From NCBI GenBank assembly GCA_965644315.1, contig CBFFRQ010000018.1, forward strand, positions 930,001 to 994,000: a stretch of 64,000 nucleotides of DNA. The letters run 5' to 3'. The notes below the pieces were generated by a model. It made no database searches. It saw only the letters and a program-made list of their open reading frames with translations, and was not told the origin of the DNA. Numbering within the stretch: the first letter of the stretch is position 1; the number at the start of each line of letters is the position of its first letter. The position numbers were made by a program, and so were the translations under genes. Below are positions 52,419-61,927 of this stretch, piece by piece. The stretch comes from Caecitellus pseudoparvulus (taxonomy: Eukaryota > Protista > Bigyra: Bicosoecida).

Positions 52419-54445
52419 TCATGAAAGGGCGGCAAACATCTCAGCGAGCTGGTCGTGTTCATGGCCACCAAGATCCGCTTCAGAGCAAATCGCAGCCAAG
52501 GACTCTTCTGCAAGGAAAGTGCACACCATCCGCCCTGTTGCCACCAGGGCAGCACCCATGTCCACCTGAGCAGACGCCTGCGTTGCGTCAAAGCAACGGA
52601 CCCCCTGGCCGAACCACAATGCCACCAACTTGGGCGCCCCAGCCTCGGATGGGCCAGGGATGCATGTTCCGTGCGGGGCGTCAGAGGGGCGTCTTGGTCG
52701 CCGAGAGGCAGCCCGCAGAGTGCGGACCAACACATCAGCCAGGAGCTCCTGCACCTCATACTGATCAGACACAACGGTCAGGACCGAGACGAGACACTGC
52801 AAGGGCCGCGACATCTGCCAAAACTCGCCCCAACGTCCAGTTGCCTGTGCCAGTCGTGCCCAGTTCTTCATCAAATGCAGCTGGTGGCCTGAAATAGTGA
52901 GGAGAGTGTTGTAGGCAAGCGCAGTCCGGTCGGCTGGCGAGTGCCACTCTGACAACAGTGCAAGCTGTAAAGCACAGAAGGAGCAGACAGTCATGCTCGG
53001 GTGATCAACTCCACTTCGTACGCAGTGAGATGCAGTCTTCCCCAGCACTGCAGCCATGGTGCGCACAATATCAGCCGAGTCAGCGGCTGCAGGGACCGCC
53101 ATCGCAACGTGAGCAAGGCACGCCACCAACACTGCCAATGGCTGGACGTCGCCTTCAAAGCCTCGGGCCCGGCGACACAGGACAGAGAGAACCTTCATGG
53201 CAAGAGGTGGTGACACGGCATGCGCGAGGTCTGCAGCCAACCTGTACGCCGCTGCCCTGGACTCCACTGCTGGGCTCGTCAACGCACGATTTAGCAGCCC
53301 AAGTATGCTGTCGGGGTGCGTTGCGCCAAACTCCCCCAGCATGGGGGGCAGCGGGAGCGCATCGTCCATGGTGGGTGCTCCAGCCTTGCTGCTGAGCAGG
53401 GGCACAGTGGCCAAGGCTGCTAGGGAGTGAGAGGTCCCAAGGTGGCGGCCCAGCAGCAGTACTCGAAGGCACACCAGCTGCTGATCCAACGCTGCGTCAG
53501 AGAAGCAATGCAGCACCCTGGCTGCACGTGGGAAGCGTAGTACTTGCAGAGTGTCATCTCCAGACCTCACTCCAAGGTCTGTTTGGCATCCAAGCTGCAC
53601 GATGTTCGCGATGACTGCCAACGGAGCAGCCGGCGGAAAGGCACGCCTCCTGATGCATCGCAGGGCCATGTCTGGGCTCATAAGGTAGTGAAGTTGGGGT
53701 GGAATGTCCTGTGGACACGCTTCCCATCCGACTTGCCCTGCCTTTGCCAGCCACCTGTGCCCAGGCAACGCCAGTCTGCGTTTCACAGGACAAGCAACGC
53801 AGCAAGCCAGGCACCTTACAGCAAAGCAAGCTGTTCATCAGACAAGGGTTCTCCAGCTTCCCTCGCTGCCATGGCGGGAAGACTCACAGCAAGGAATTCT
53901 GCGGGCACCGTGTTGCTGTAAGCAACGGCGCCCAGCGTGCGATGTAGCTGAGGAAACGCAGGCAGGTGAGCGTCAGGAAGCACCTTTACAGGGCTGGCAA
54001 CGAGGGAGGCTGCGCAGCCCCTCTGCGAAGAGCCAAAGACTGAAGCAGCAGTTGTACAGGCTGTGGCAAACTTGGAAGGCAAAGCACTCCTGAATCTATT
54101 TTGGCCTGCATACCCAGCTGCTTCGGGACACTGGCGAACTGCACTGCGTCGCCAATCCAACTGGGTGTGATCGCGGGCCAGCCGCCACCATGTCACAAGT
54201 GCGTGCATCTTGCGCACGGCCACACTGGCGCATGCCAGACAGCCTGCTTGGTCGCTTGCTCGTCGTGTGCCTGCCTGGTGCCTCTTGAGCAGGCAGGCTG
54301 GCTGAACGATCACGCACTTCCCGCGTCGCTGTGCAGTTTCCGACCTTGGCAGGTCGAGGGCGGCAGCAGCTTCCCACCTTGAGTTCTGGGGGGCAGGCTG
54401 TGGGGAAAAGACAAGGTATGTGTGTGATTTCACGCCTGGTGCCAT
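52419..54445 (-). CDS. Hypothetical helical (HEAT/ARM-like) protein; 5' exon structure uncertain
   Basis: 455-aa Leu/Ala-rich ORF 52419-53786 joins upstream ORF 53816-54445 in frame through a 44-nt GTAAGG..CGCAG intron (53819-53776); no recognisable motif. Confidence 0.45.
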
Positions 54446-54560
54446 GAACAGTGCGATGCGCTGCGCGCCCGTGCTCCATGAAGGCGCGGGACTTCGCTTT
54501 CGGTTTCACCCGCGTTTCCCTGTGCATCGGAGCACCTGAACCCAACGGCCACTGCAAAGC

Positions 54561-57500
54561 ATGTGTAACGCCCTCCTTCTCCCTGACTCCGCAGGGACTG
54601 CTGCATTTGGGGAATACCCTGACTCGCCCGAGGCTGACTCGGGCAAGCCGGCAGGCTTCTCCACGCCCCCAAAGCCTGGCCGGTGGCAGTCTCGCACGCC
54701 CGGCTCGGGCGCCTCCACCTCAGGCTCCACAGCGCTGCCCTCCCTACCAGGAGGCGGGGTAACGTCTGTCGGAACGCCTCCCACCAGCACACCCTTACGT
54801 GAGCGGGCTGGCGCCCAGTCCTCCTTTGGCCGGCACTCTGGGCTGGGCTCGGAGGCGCAGGCGACGCCCAGCTCCTTGCCTCCGCGCGCAGACACCGCGC
54901 CTTCCAGCGGCTCCACACCGCTGCGCCCTTCACCCCCCAGCACCGGTGCAACCTTCGATGGCAGCCCCGCAGCGGGCCCCCGTGGTAGGCGTCCCTCAGG
55001 GGGTGGCTCCCGGCTAGCCGCGGCGCTGGGCCCCCTCACAGGGCCCGTGCCGTCCCCCCCCGGGGCCCCGGCGCAGGAGCCCGCTGGGGCAGGAGCCGCG
55101 GAAGTCGAGGCAGTGATCACGGAGTCTGATCTAGGCAGTGGCGTGCCCTCACCCGACCTGGGTGCTTCCATGCTGAGCTCTGGCACCTTTGAGACCACGC
55201 ACCATTCCGTGGGCGGCAGCGCCTTCTATGACTCGCAGGAGATGTCAGACAGCGGCTTTGGCGGTGTCAGCTTGGCAGACGCCGCGCGGCGTCAGCGCGC
55301 CAAGGTCAACTTGGACCTTGCAGGCATTCGACTGGGGGACTCACAGCAGGGCGTCGGCAAGCCGCCCACTGCCGGGCACGGCATCTCCCTGGCCCTGCCG
55401 GCGGGCGGCGGTGCTAGCCCCCAGCGCACGCCTGGCAGCGTGGGAGGCGACACCAAGAACTCGGGGCGTGCCGGCAACTCCCTCTCTGCGCGTCGGAGGA
55501 TGGGGTTGAAGCTGAGCATGGCTGGTGGTGTGGGGGGGGGCTCGGCAGGAGACGTCGGCTCCAGCGTGGGCTCTTCCACAGCAGGGGGGGGTGGGGGGGG
55601 GCCGCCCCGCCCACCATCCGCCATGGAGCCTGACAAAGCCCCCGCACCCGAGCCCACCGCTGAAGCTGGTGTGGAGGGCGACCGTGCCGACTGGGAGTGG
55701 GATGCCGGGTCGGGGGAGTGGCGGCAACGAGGCCAGGCGGGCGGCTTGCCCGGCGGCGGAGCCCAGGGCATGTCCCCGGAGCAGTACGCCATGTCTGCCA
55801 GCGGCGTGATCAATCTGGGGGACGGCCTGCAGCTGGGCCAGCAAGGCATTACCTCCGGGCGGGAGGGCGAGGGGAAGCAGGGCGCCTCCGAATCGTCTGA
55901 GGTCACCTTGGATGATGCCAAGGTCTTTGCTGCGGCAGCCAGGCACTACGCGCGAGACTCGAACGCGGCAGAGGAGCTGGTCATGCTGAATTCCCTGGGC
56001 GCAGGCGCGTCCGGCAGCGTCCGGCGGGCACTGCACCTGCCCACCATGCAGCTGGTGGCTGTGAAGAGTGTGCGGGTGTACGACGTGGAGCGCCGACAGC
56101 AAATGGCGGCGGAGCTCAAGACGCTGTACGCCAACATGGTGCCACTGCGCACGTGGACGCAGCGGCCCACGCTGAGAGACTCCCCCCGTGCCGCGGGCGC
56201 TCTGGGCGTGATGGGGGACAGTCTGGCCCTGGATGCGACCTTCGGCGGGTCCCTGGATGCCTCCGCCTCTGCCGACGAAGGCAACCAGGCGCCGGCCCCG
56301 AACTTGGTGAAGTTCTTCGACGCCTTCACCGTGCCCACCGCCGGCACCGTGAACATCGTCATGGAGTACATGGGGGGCGGGTCCTGGGAAGACATCGTCA
56401 AGCGGGGCGGCTGCCAGCACGAACGCCTGCTGGCGCTGATGACCATGCAGGCGCTGCAGGGCTTGGCGTGGCTGCACGGCCACAAGCAGCTGCACCGCGA
56501 CATCAAGCCTGCCAACATCCTCATCACGCGGGACGGGCTGACCTCCAAGCTCGCCGATTTCGGCATCGCCAAGCAGTTGACTGGGACGCAGGAGAAGGCC
56601 CAGACATGGGTGGGCACCATGGTGTACATGTCGCCTGAGCGCATCGGCTCGGGCGGCGGCTACTCCTACCCAGCGGACATTTGGTCATTCGGGCTGTCCC
56701 TGCTGGCTGTCGCCGCTGGGCGCTTCCCGTACGACCAGAAGGGCTTCTGGGACATCTCCCGGGCTGTGAAGGAGGCGCCAGCCCCCACGCACATCCTGCG
56801 GGAGCCGCACGGCTCGCCAGCCGCACAGCACACGTACTCGCAGGAGTTCTTTGACTTCCTGGAAGCCTGCATGGTGAAGGAGCCCGAGCGGCGCCCCTCC
56901 GCCGCCATGCTGCTGCACCACCCTTTCCTCAAACAGGTGGGCGTGTCGGGCACGTTTGCTGCCCAGGAAGCCCTGGGCTCCACCCTGCGCGCATCCTCCC
57001 TCATTGATGCCAGTGGAGGGGGGGGGGCAGCAACCCGGGCTGGAGACAAGGCGCCCGGGACTGGGGCGCCGCCGCGTGCGCCGCCCTCCACGCCGGCTGA
57101 CAGCGGCTCCCTGCCCATTGCGCTGGTGGCTGCAGGGGCGGCGGCGACGTCCAGGCCCAACATGAGCCGGGCAGACCTGGCGCAGCTCGTTGTGGAAGTG
57201 CTGGACAAGAAGTGGGGCGAGTTCGTCTCCTACTACCGCAGGGTGCGGGTGAAGACGCAGCAGGGCTCGCACAACGCCCGGCGCAAGGACATGTACGACC
57301 TGGACGAGAGCACGTTCAACGACGACCTGGCTGCCCGCTTCATCGTGCAACAGGGTCTGAGCAAGACCATGACCCGGCGCATCGAGACGCGCATCAGCGT
57401 GAACTTGACCCAGACGTTGGGAGGCACGGGGGGGGTCGGACGCGCAGGAGCCCCCCCCCGGAGCCGCCCCCCTCTCCGCCGCTCTGCTACAAACTCCAGC

Positions 57501-58241
57501 CTCGTAGAGCAGAGCGAGGGGGATCTCCTGGATAAAATCTCCAAGACGCAGCTCATGTCTGCCTCTGACATCCGGCAGATGGCAGCAGCGGCCAAGGCAC
57601 GACTCGGGCAGTCTGCCGGCGCACCGCCCCTCAAACGGGGCACTGCTTGGGGTGATGCCCCCGCGCCGGCCCCAGCCTCCTCTGCAGCCGGTGCAGGGGA
57701 GGCAGTGCCATCCATGACGAAGGGCACAGCAGGCCGCGCGACGCCTGAGGAACTCGCCTCTCTGAACATGGACAACCTGCGGGAAATGCTGACGAGCCGC
57801 ACAGATTTCGTGCGACTGAGCAAGCAGACGGGCACTGACCGGGCCGTCCTGCGGGATGCATTTAACCAGGCCATCATCTCCAAGCTCAGCGGCAAGCGGG
57901 CCAAGCACGCCTTCAAAGACGTTTTTAAACCCACCAAGCGGTCGGGCAGCAGTCGCAGTTCTGCAGCACCGCGGGGCGGCGCTGCAAAGGGCTCTGGTGG
58001 GAACCCCCCTCCTCTCCTGTCGCGCAAGTCGTTGAAGGACGTCATGGGTGCCTCTGGGCACCTGCCTGGCTCAGGGGGGGGCAGCCTGGGCATCGGCAGT
58101 GGCGGGATCGCTGCACCGCATCAGGCCTCCGGCAGCAAGCGCAAGTCGGACACTGTGCGCACTGAGTCCTCGGGTGCCGGGACAGAGGTGAGCATGGCTG
58201 ACTTGGTGAAAGGGTTCGTCATTCGGGAGGAGGGAGAGTGA
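54561..58241 (+). CDS. MAP kinase kinase (STE7/MAP2K family) with long disordered termini
   Basis: LGAGASGSV, VAVKSV, HRDIKPANIL, DFGIAK, activation loop T-QEKAQ-T-WVGTMVYMSPERI, ADIWSFG. The 5' end is uncertain because a CTGAC..GCAG acceptor-like site ends at 54594. Confidence 0.88.
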   Translation: MCNALLLPDSAGTAAFGEYPDSPEADSGKPAGFSTPPKPGRWQSRTPGSGASTSGSTALPSLPGGGVTSVGTPPTSTPLRERAGAQSSFGRHSGLGSEAQATPSSLPPRADTAPSSGSTPLRPSPPSTGATFDGSPAAGPRGRRPSGGGSRLAAALGPLTGPVPSPPGAPAQEPAGAGAAEVEAVITESDLGSGVPSPDLGASMLSSGTFETTHHSVGGSAFYDSQEMSDSGFGGVSLADAARRQRAKVNLDLAGIRLGDSQQGVGKPPTAGHGISLALPAGGGASPQRTPGSVGGDTKNSGRAGNSLSARRRMGLKLSMAGGVGGGSAGDVGSSVGSSTAGGGGGGPPRPPSAMEPDKAPAPEPTAEAGVEGDRADWEWDAGSGEWRQRGQAGGLPGGGAQGMSPEQYAMSASGVINLGDGLQLGQQGITSGREGEGKQGASESSEVTLDDAKVFAAAARHYARDSNAAEELVMLNSLGAGASGSVRRALHLPTMQLVAVKSVRVYDVERRQQMAAELKTLYANMVPLRTWTQRPTLRDSPRAAGALGVMGDSLALDATFGGSLDASASADEGNQAPAPNLVKFFDAFTVPTAGTVNIVMEYMGGGSWEDIVKRGGCQHERLLALMTMQALQGLAWLHGHKQLHRDIKPANILITRDGLTSKLADFGIAKQLTGTQEKAQTWVGTMVYMSPERIGSGGGYSYPADIWSFGLSLLAVAAGRFPYDQKGFWDISRAVKEAPAPTHILREPHGSPAAQHTYSQEFFDFLEACMVKEPERRPSAAMLLHHPFLKQVGVSGTFAAQEALGSTLRASSLIDASGGGGAATRAGDKAPGTGAPPRAPPSTPADSGSLPIALVAAGAAATSRPNMSRADLAQLVVEVLDKKWGEFVSYYRRVRVKTQQGSHNARRKDMYDLDESTFNDDLAARFIVQQGLSKTMTRRIETRISVNLTQTLGGTGGVGRAGAPPRSRPPLRRSATNSSLVEQSEGDLLDKISKTQLMSASDIRQMAAAAKARLGQSAGAPPLKRGTAWGDAPAPAPASSAAGAGEAVPSMTKGTAGRATPEELASLNMDNLREMLTSRTDFVRLSKQTGTDRAVLRDAFNQAIISKLSGKRAKHAFKDVFKPTKRSGSSRSSAAPRGGAAKGSGGNPPPLLSRKSLKDVMGASGHLPGSGGGSLGIGSGGIAAPHQASGSKRKSDTVRTESSGAGTEVSMADLVKGFVIREEGE

Positions 58242-58372
58242 CGGCGAGCAATGCATGTGGAGTCGCAGCAAGCCCCCGTCGGCAACAAATTCTGTCAGGC
58301 ACACAGGTCGCTGCACGCCCCAGGCACTTCGCAGACCCCACTTGCGCTTCTGGTGACGCTGTATCAATCAGC

Positions 58373-59580
58373 ATGGCTGCAGCAAGCGCTTTCACTCCGG
58401 AACGGTATGTCTTCCTGGACATCAGCATAGGAGGCCGGGAGGGTGAGGAGGGCAGCCAGCGGCGGGCGCATGTGCCTGCTCAATTTCCGCCTCCCCCGCA
58501 TCTGCAGCTGGCCGCATGGTTTTTGAACTGGACCATGAGCGCGCGCCAAAAGCAGCAAGGAACTTTCAGGCCTTGTGCTCCGGAGCAGAGGCCCCTGATG
58601 GCTCAGGAATCAAATACGCAGGGAGCAGCTTCCACCGCATCATCCCCGGCTTCATGGTGCAGGGAGGCGATATCACAGCGGGGAACGGAACGGGAGGCAT
58701 GTCCATCTATGGCGCCTCCTGGCCCGATGAGCCCTCGGCGCTGCGTGTGCAGCACGACAGGCCGGGCCTGCTGTCCATGGCCAACGCTGGCCCAAACACA
58801 AACGGCTCTCAGTTCTTCATCACGTGCGAAGCAACGCCACACCTGGACGGCAAGCACATGGTCTTCGGGGAGCTAGCAAGCGGGAAAGAAGTGCTGGATG
58901 CCATGACCAAGGTGAAAACAGGCCAACGTGATGAGCCGCTGGCCGGCTTCGAGGTCCGCATTTCAGACGCAGGCGTCGCACGGCCGGCGTCCGAGGCGCC
59001 AACTACAGTGCACGACAGCCCCCGCCGGCAACGCAGCGAGAGCGTCAGCTCCTACTCCAGCTCCTCCAGTGGCTACAGTTCGCCAGGTGGCCGTGGCAGG
59101 TCGCGGCCAGCTGCCTCTGCCCACAGTCGCGACGGTGGCGGCGAACGATCCCCTGTGCCAGTGGTCGCAAACGACCCGGAGCTGGCCGCCATCAAGGCCA
59201 TGGAGCAGCAGTCGTCCAACTGGCTCACGCGAGGTCGGCGCCAAGGCCGCCGTCGCAGTCGGTCGCCTCCTGTCCGACGTGGCCCTGGCGGGGGGGCACG
59301 CCAGGGTGTGAAGGGGCGTGGCTTTGCCAAGTGGGGGGACAGGCCGGCACGAGGCAGCCGGCGGCAGGATGCCCCGCACCACCGCCCTGCTGAGCACAGG
59401 GACCGGCAGTCGTACTCCAGACATGGAGATCGAAGGGGGCGAGTGGGGTACGACTCGCCTCCCGGCAGCCCTCGTCGGGAGCGCGACAGCGGCCGCCGCC
59501 GCGTCGTCGTGACCAAGGCCGCCAAGCGGTCAGCCGGGAGCGGCACGGCAGCAGCAGCGGACATGTACGCTGACTTGTAA
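58373..59580 (+). CDS. PPIG: Cyclophilin-type PPIase with Arg/Ser-rich C-terminus (exons 58373-58442, 58508-59580)
   Basis: [62 protein letters not shown]; RS-rich tail with VKGRG. Confidence 0.85.
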
Positions 59581-59600
59581 TGCATCTACATTCTGCGGCA

Positions 59601-60680
59601 TCACCCCTCGCTGCGCTGCAGGAAGGTGGCGATGGCGCGAGCCTGCCAGGCGTCACGCAGAGAGGGCACGTGCCCGCAGCCAGGAATGGTGATGAGCAGG
59701 AGCTCCTTGGGGCCAGGGATGCCTGGCGCTGCGTCGGGCTGGATCATACGCTCGGCGGTGGCCTGCGTCAGCACCTTGGACTCCACGCCTCGAAGCACAA
59801 GCAGGCTTGCTGCAGACACCATCTGCCACGCCAGCCACAAGTCCACGTCCTCTGTGATGTCCTCGGGCGCTGGAAAGGCACTGCCCAGGCGTGCATCCAC
59901 TCTCAAGCGCAGCGCGCCTGACCGGTCCTGGCCTTCGTCGACTCCTGGCTCGCAGGGCCCGTCGGCATCCCACAGCGCTGCGACTGCCCGTTGCTCCCAG
60001 CCAGGCCTGGTATCCTGCCCAGGCTCCCCCTTGCTGCCGCCAGCGGCTGCCATCCAGGCGTGCGCAGGCTCAGTGGAGGTGGTGATCAGGTGTTCCCAGT
60101 CCCCATCTGTCATGGGTTTGAACTCGGAGTACTTGCCACGCAAGTACTCCTCCGCGGCGCCACGGTTCAGGAAGTTACGCTCGGTGCCTGCGTAGCTCAC
60201 AATGGCCCGAAGCGTGGCGGCAGGGACGTGTGGCCCCACGTCATTCAGAACCAAGCCTGCAATGACCCCAGCGTTGCCCGGCTGGCAGGCAAAGGTGATG
60301 GCGATGAGGCCGCCCATGCTGGTGCCAACCCAGTGGGTGCGGGGCCACCCCAGCTCATCCAAGACCACTCGCATGTCTGCTGCGTACTGCGGGTAGGCGT
60401 AGTCACAGGCATGCTCGGCATAGTCGCTGTCACCACGGCCCACGACATCCACTGCTGCGACTAGAAAGCCCTCTGAGCTAAGATGCTGCGCCAAGTCGTC
60501 AAAGTCAGCCCTGTTTCGCGTCAGCGCATGCACCAACAGCACTGGAATGTCGCGAGGAGTGCTGCCCGGTACAGGCTGCCACACTTCAACAGCGAGGCTG
60601 TGTGTCGCAGACGCATCTGACAAGCTACTGCACTGCACCCTGCGCACCTCCCTCACAGCCTCAGCCTTGGCGCTGGCCAT
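59601..60680 (-). CDS. Alpha/beta-fold hydrolase
   Basis: VHALTRNRADFD, DVVGRGDSD, nucleophile elbow WVGTSMGG, LVLNDVGP, LRGVESKVL, GCGHVPSL; intronless. Confidence 0.9.
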   Translation of the reverse strand: MASAKAEAVREVRRVQCSSLSDASATHSLAVEVWQPVPGSTPRDIPVLLVHALTRNRADFDDLAQHLSSEGFLVAAVDVVGRGDSDYAEHACDYAYPQYAADMRVVLDELGWPRTHWVGTSMGGLIAITFACQPGNAGVIAGLVLNDVGPHVPAATLRAIVSYAGTERNFLNRGAAEEYLRGKYSEFKPMTDGDWEHLITTSTEPAHAWMAAAGGSKGEPGQDTRPGWEQRAVAALWDADGPCEPGVDEGQDRSGALRLRVDARLGSAFPAPEDITEDVDLWLAWQMVSAASLLVLRGVESKVLTQATAERMIQPDAAPGIPGPKELLLITIPGCGHVPSLRDAWQARAIATFLQRSEG

Positions 60681-61143
60681 GCCGCTACAAGGAGCAGTGG
60701 GAAACGCAGGCGAAACGGTGCTCTTGACACCTCAATCTGTCGCGGTGCATGCCCAAAGTACACCAATGGGTGCATACAACCTACCGTGCACTTGCCTTTA
60801 ACTAGTTGGTCCCGTTAAGGTTTCTGCTTGCGACGAGCAGTGTGCGCTGCCCCCCTAGGTCTTCTGATCATTGCCTTGCACACGAGCGACCATCCCATGA
60901 TAGGTTGCCCCCATCGGCCTCTCCCCGGAGAAAAACACACTCTGCAATAATACATGCAACTACCCATTCTTTTCAATGCTCTCTGCCTGTAAGTCCCTTG
61001 CCGTACTGGTGCGAATCTTACGGTGTTTGCTGCCAGCGCGCACTGGAAGCAATTCGCACCACATAAGCCTGCTGACCCTCAACCTCTCCCGCTCGCGCAC
61101 AGTCTCTGCGTTGTACACCGAGATAGACGCATTTCCTGCAAGC

Positions 61144-61889
61144 ATGCGAGCCCTTTCCTCCATCGTGCTGGCCCTCGTGGCATCTGCAGGTAAGAGATCG
61201 TTTCAGCACTCCCCCAACCCGCCTAGAGCTCGCCGGTGCAGCTCTCAGGAGTGCTGAGATACAGGCCAAGCCCACAGGGTTGCGTGCACAGTGAAGTGTT
61301 GCCCTGCCTGTGCTCTCTTGCTTGAGCGCCGTCCCATTCCCCGCTAGCGTGGCCTGTGTCCTGCGCCGCTTCAAGTGCACTGCACTTCGCATGCCGCGTG
61401 CCTCGCTCTGCCTTTGCAGCTCTCGCTGGCAACCTGCGTGGCGACAAGGACGAGTTCCTGGCTCAGCTTGGCGCACCCGCCTCGGTGACCGACTGCTCCA
61501 GCTCAGGCGCGCCTCTGAAGTTCACGAAGCTGACTGTGAACCCCAACCCGCCCACCTTCGGGACACCTCTCGTGCTGGATGCGACTGGGGACATCACCTC
61601 TGCCGTGACTGACGGCACCTACAGCATCGCTGTGAAGCTGGACGGCTTCCAGATCTTCACGCACTCCGGGCCTATCTGCGGCACCTCCACCTTCAACCTG
61701 CCCCTCGGATCTGGCTCTGCCAAGATCACCGGGCTGAGCTGCCCCACCGCCTCCGGCGACTCCGAAACCGTCTCGGGCTCCCTCACCCTGCCCACAGGCA
61801 CTCCCTCCGGCACGTACAACGTGCAGCTGTCAGGCGCCGACACTTCTGGCTCTGAGGTGTTCTGCGTGGACCTGCAGTGGGACAGCTAA
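61144..61889 (+). CDS. Secreted ML (MD-2/NPC2-like) domain protein 2 (exons 61144-61189, 61420-61889)
   Basis: Signal peptide MRALSSIVLALVASAALAG, then NLRG..VTDCSS..LTVNPNPP.FG..VTDG..GPICG..LSCPTASG..PSGTYNVQLSG.D..VFCVDL. Confidence 0.85.
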
Positions 61890-61915
61890 GCTAAGCACGG
61901 CGTCGGCATGGCCGC

Positions 61916-61925
61916 CAATGCATTG
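61916..61925. terminator. Palindromic CAATGCATTG between convergent stops (candidate bidirectional poly(A) signal)
   Basis: In the 38-nt gap between the ML2 TAA and the VPS53 TGA. Confidence 0.5.
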
Positions 61926-61927
61926 CG

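Noticed and set aside
13071-59580. TGTAA (chlorophyte poly(A) signal) overlapping TAA stops at 13071, 37625 and 59576
   Set aside because: Explained by a TTG/GTG last codon plus TAA; absent from other 3' ends, where AATGCA dominates.
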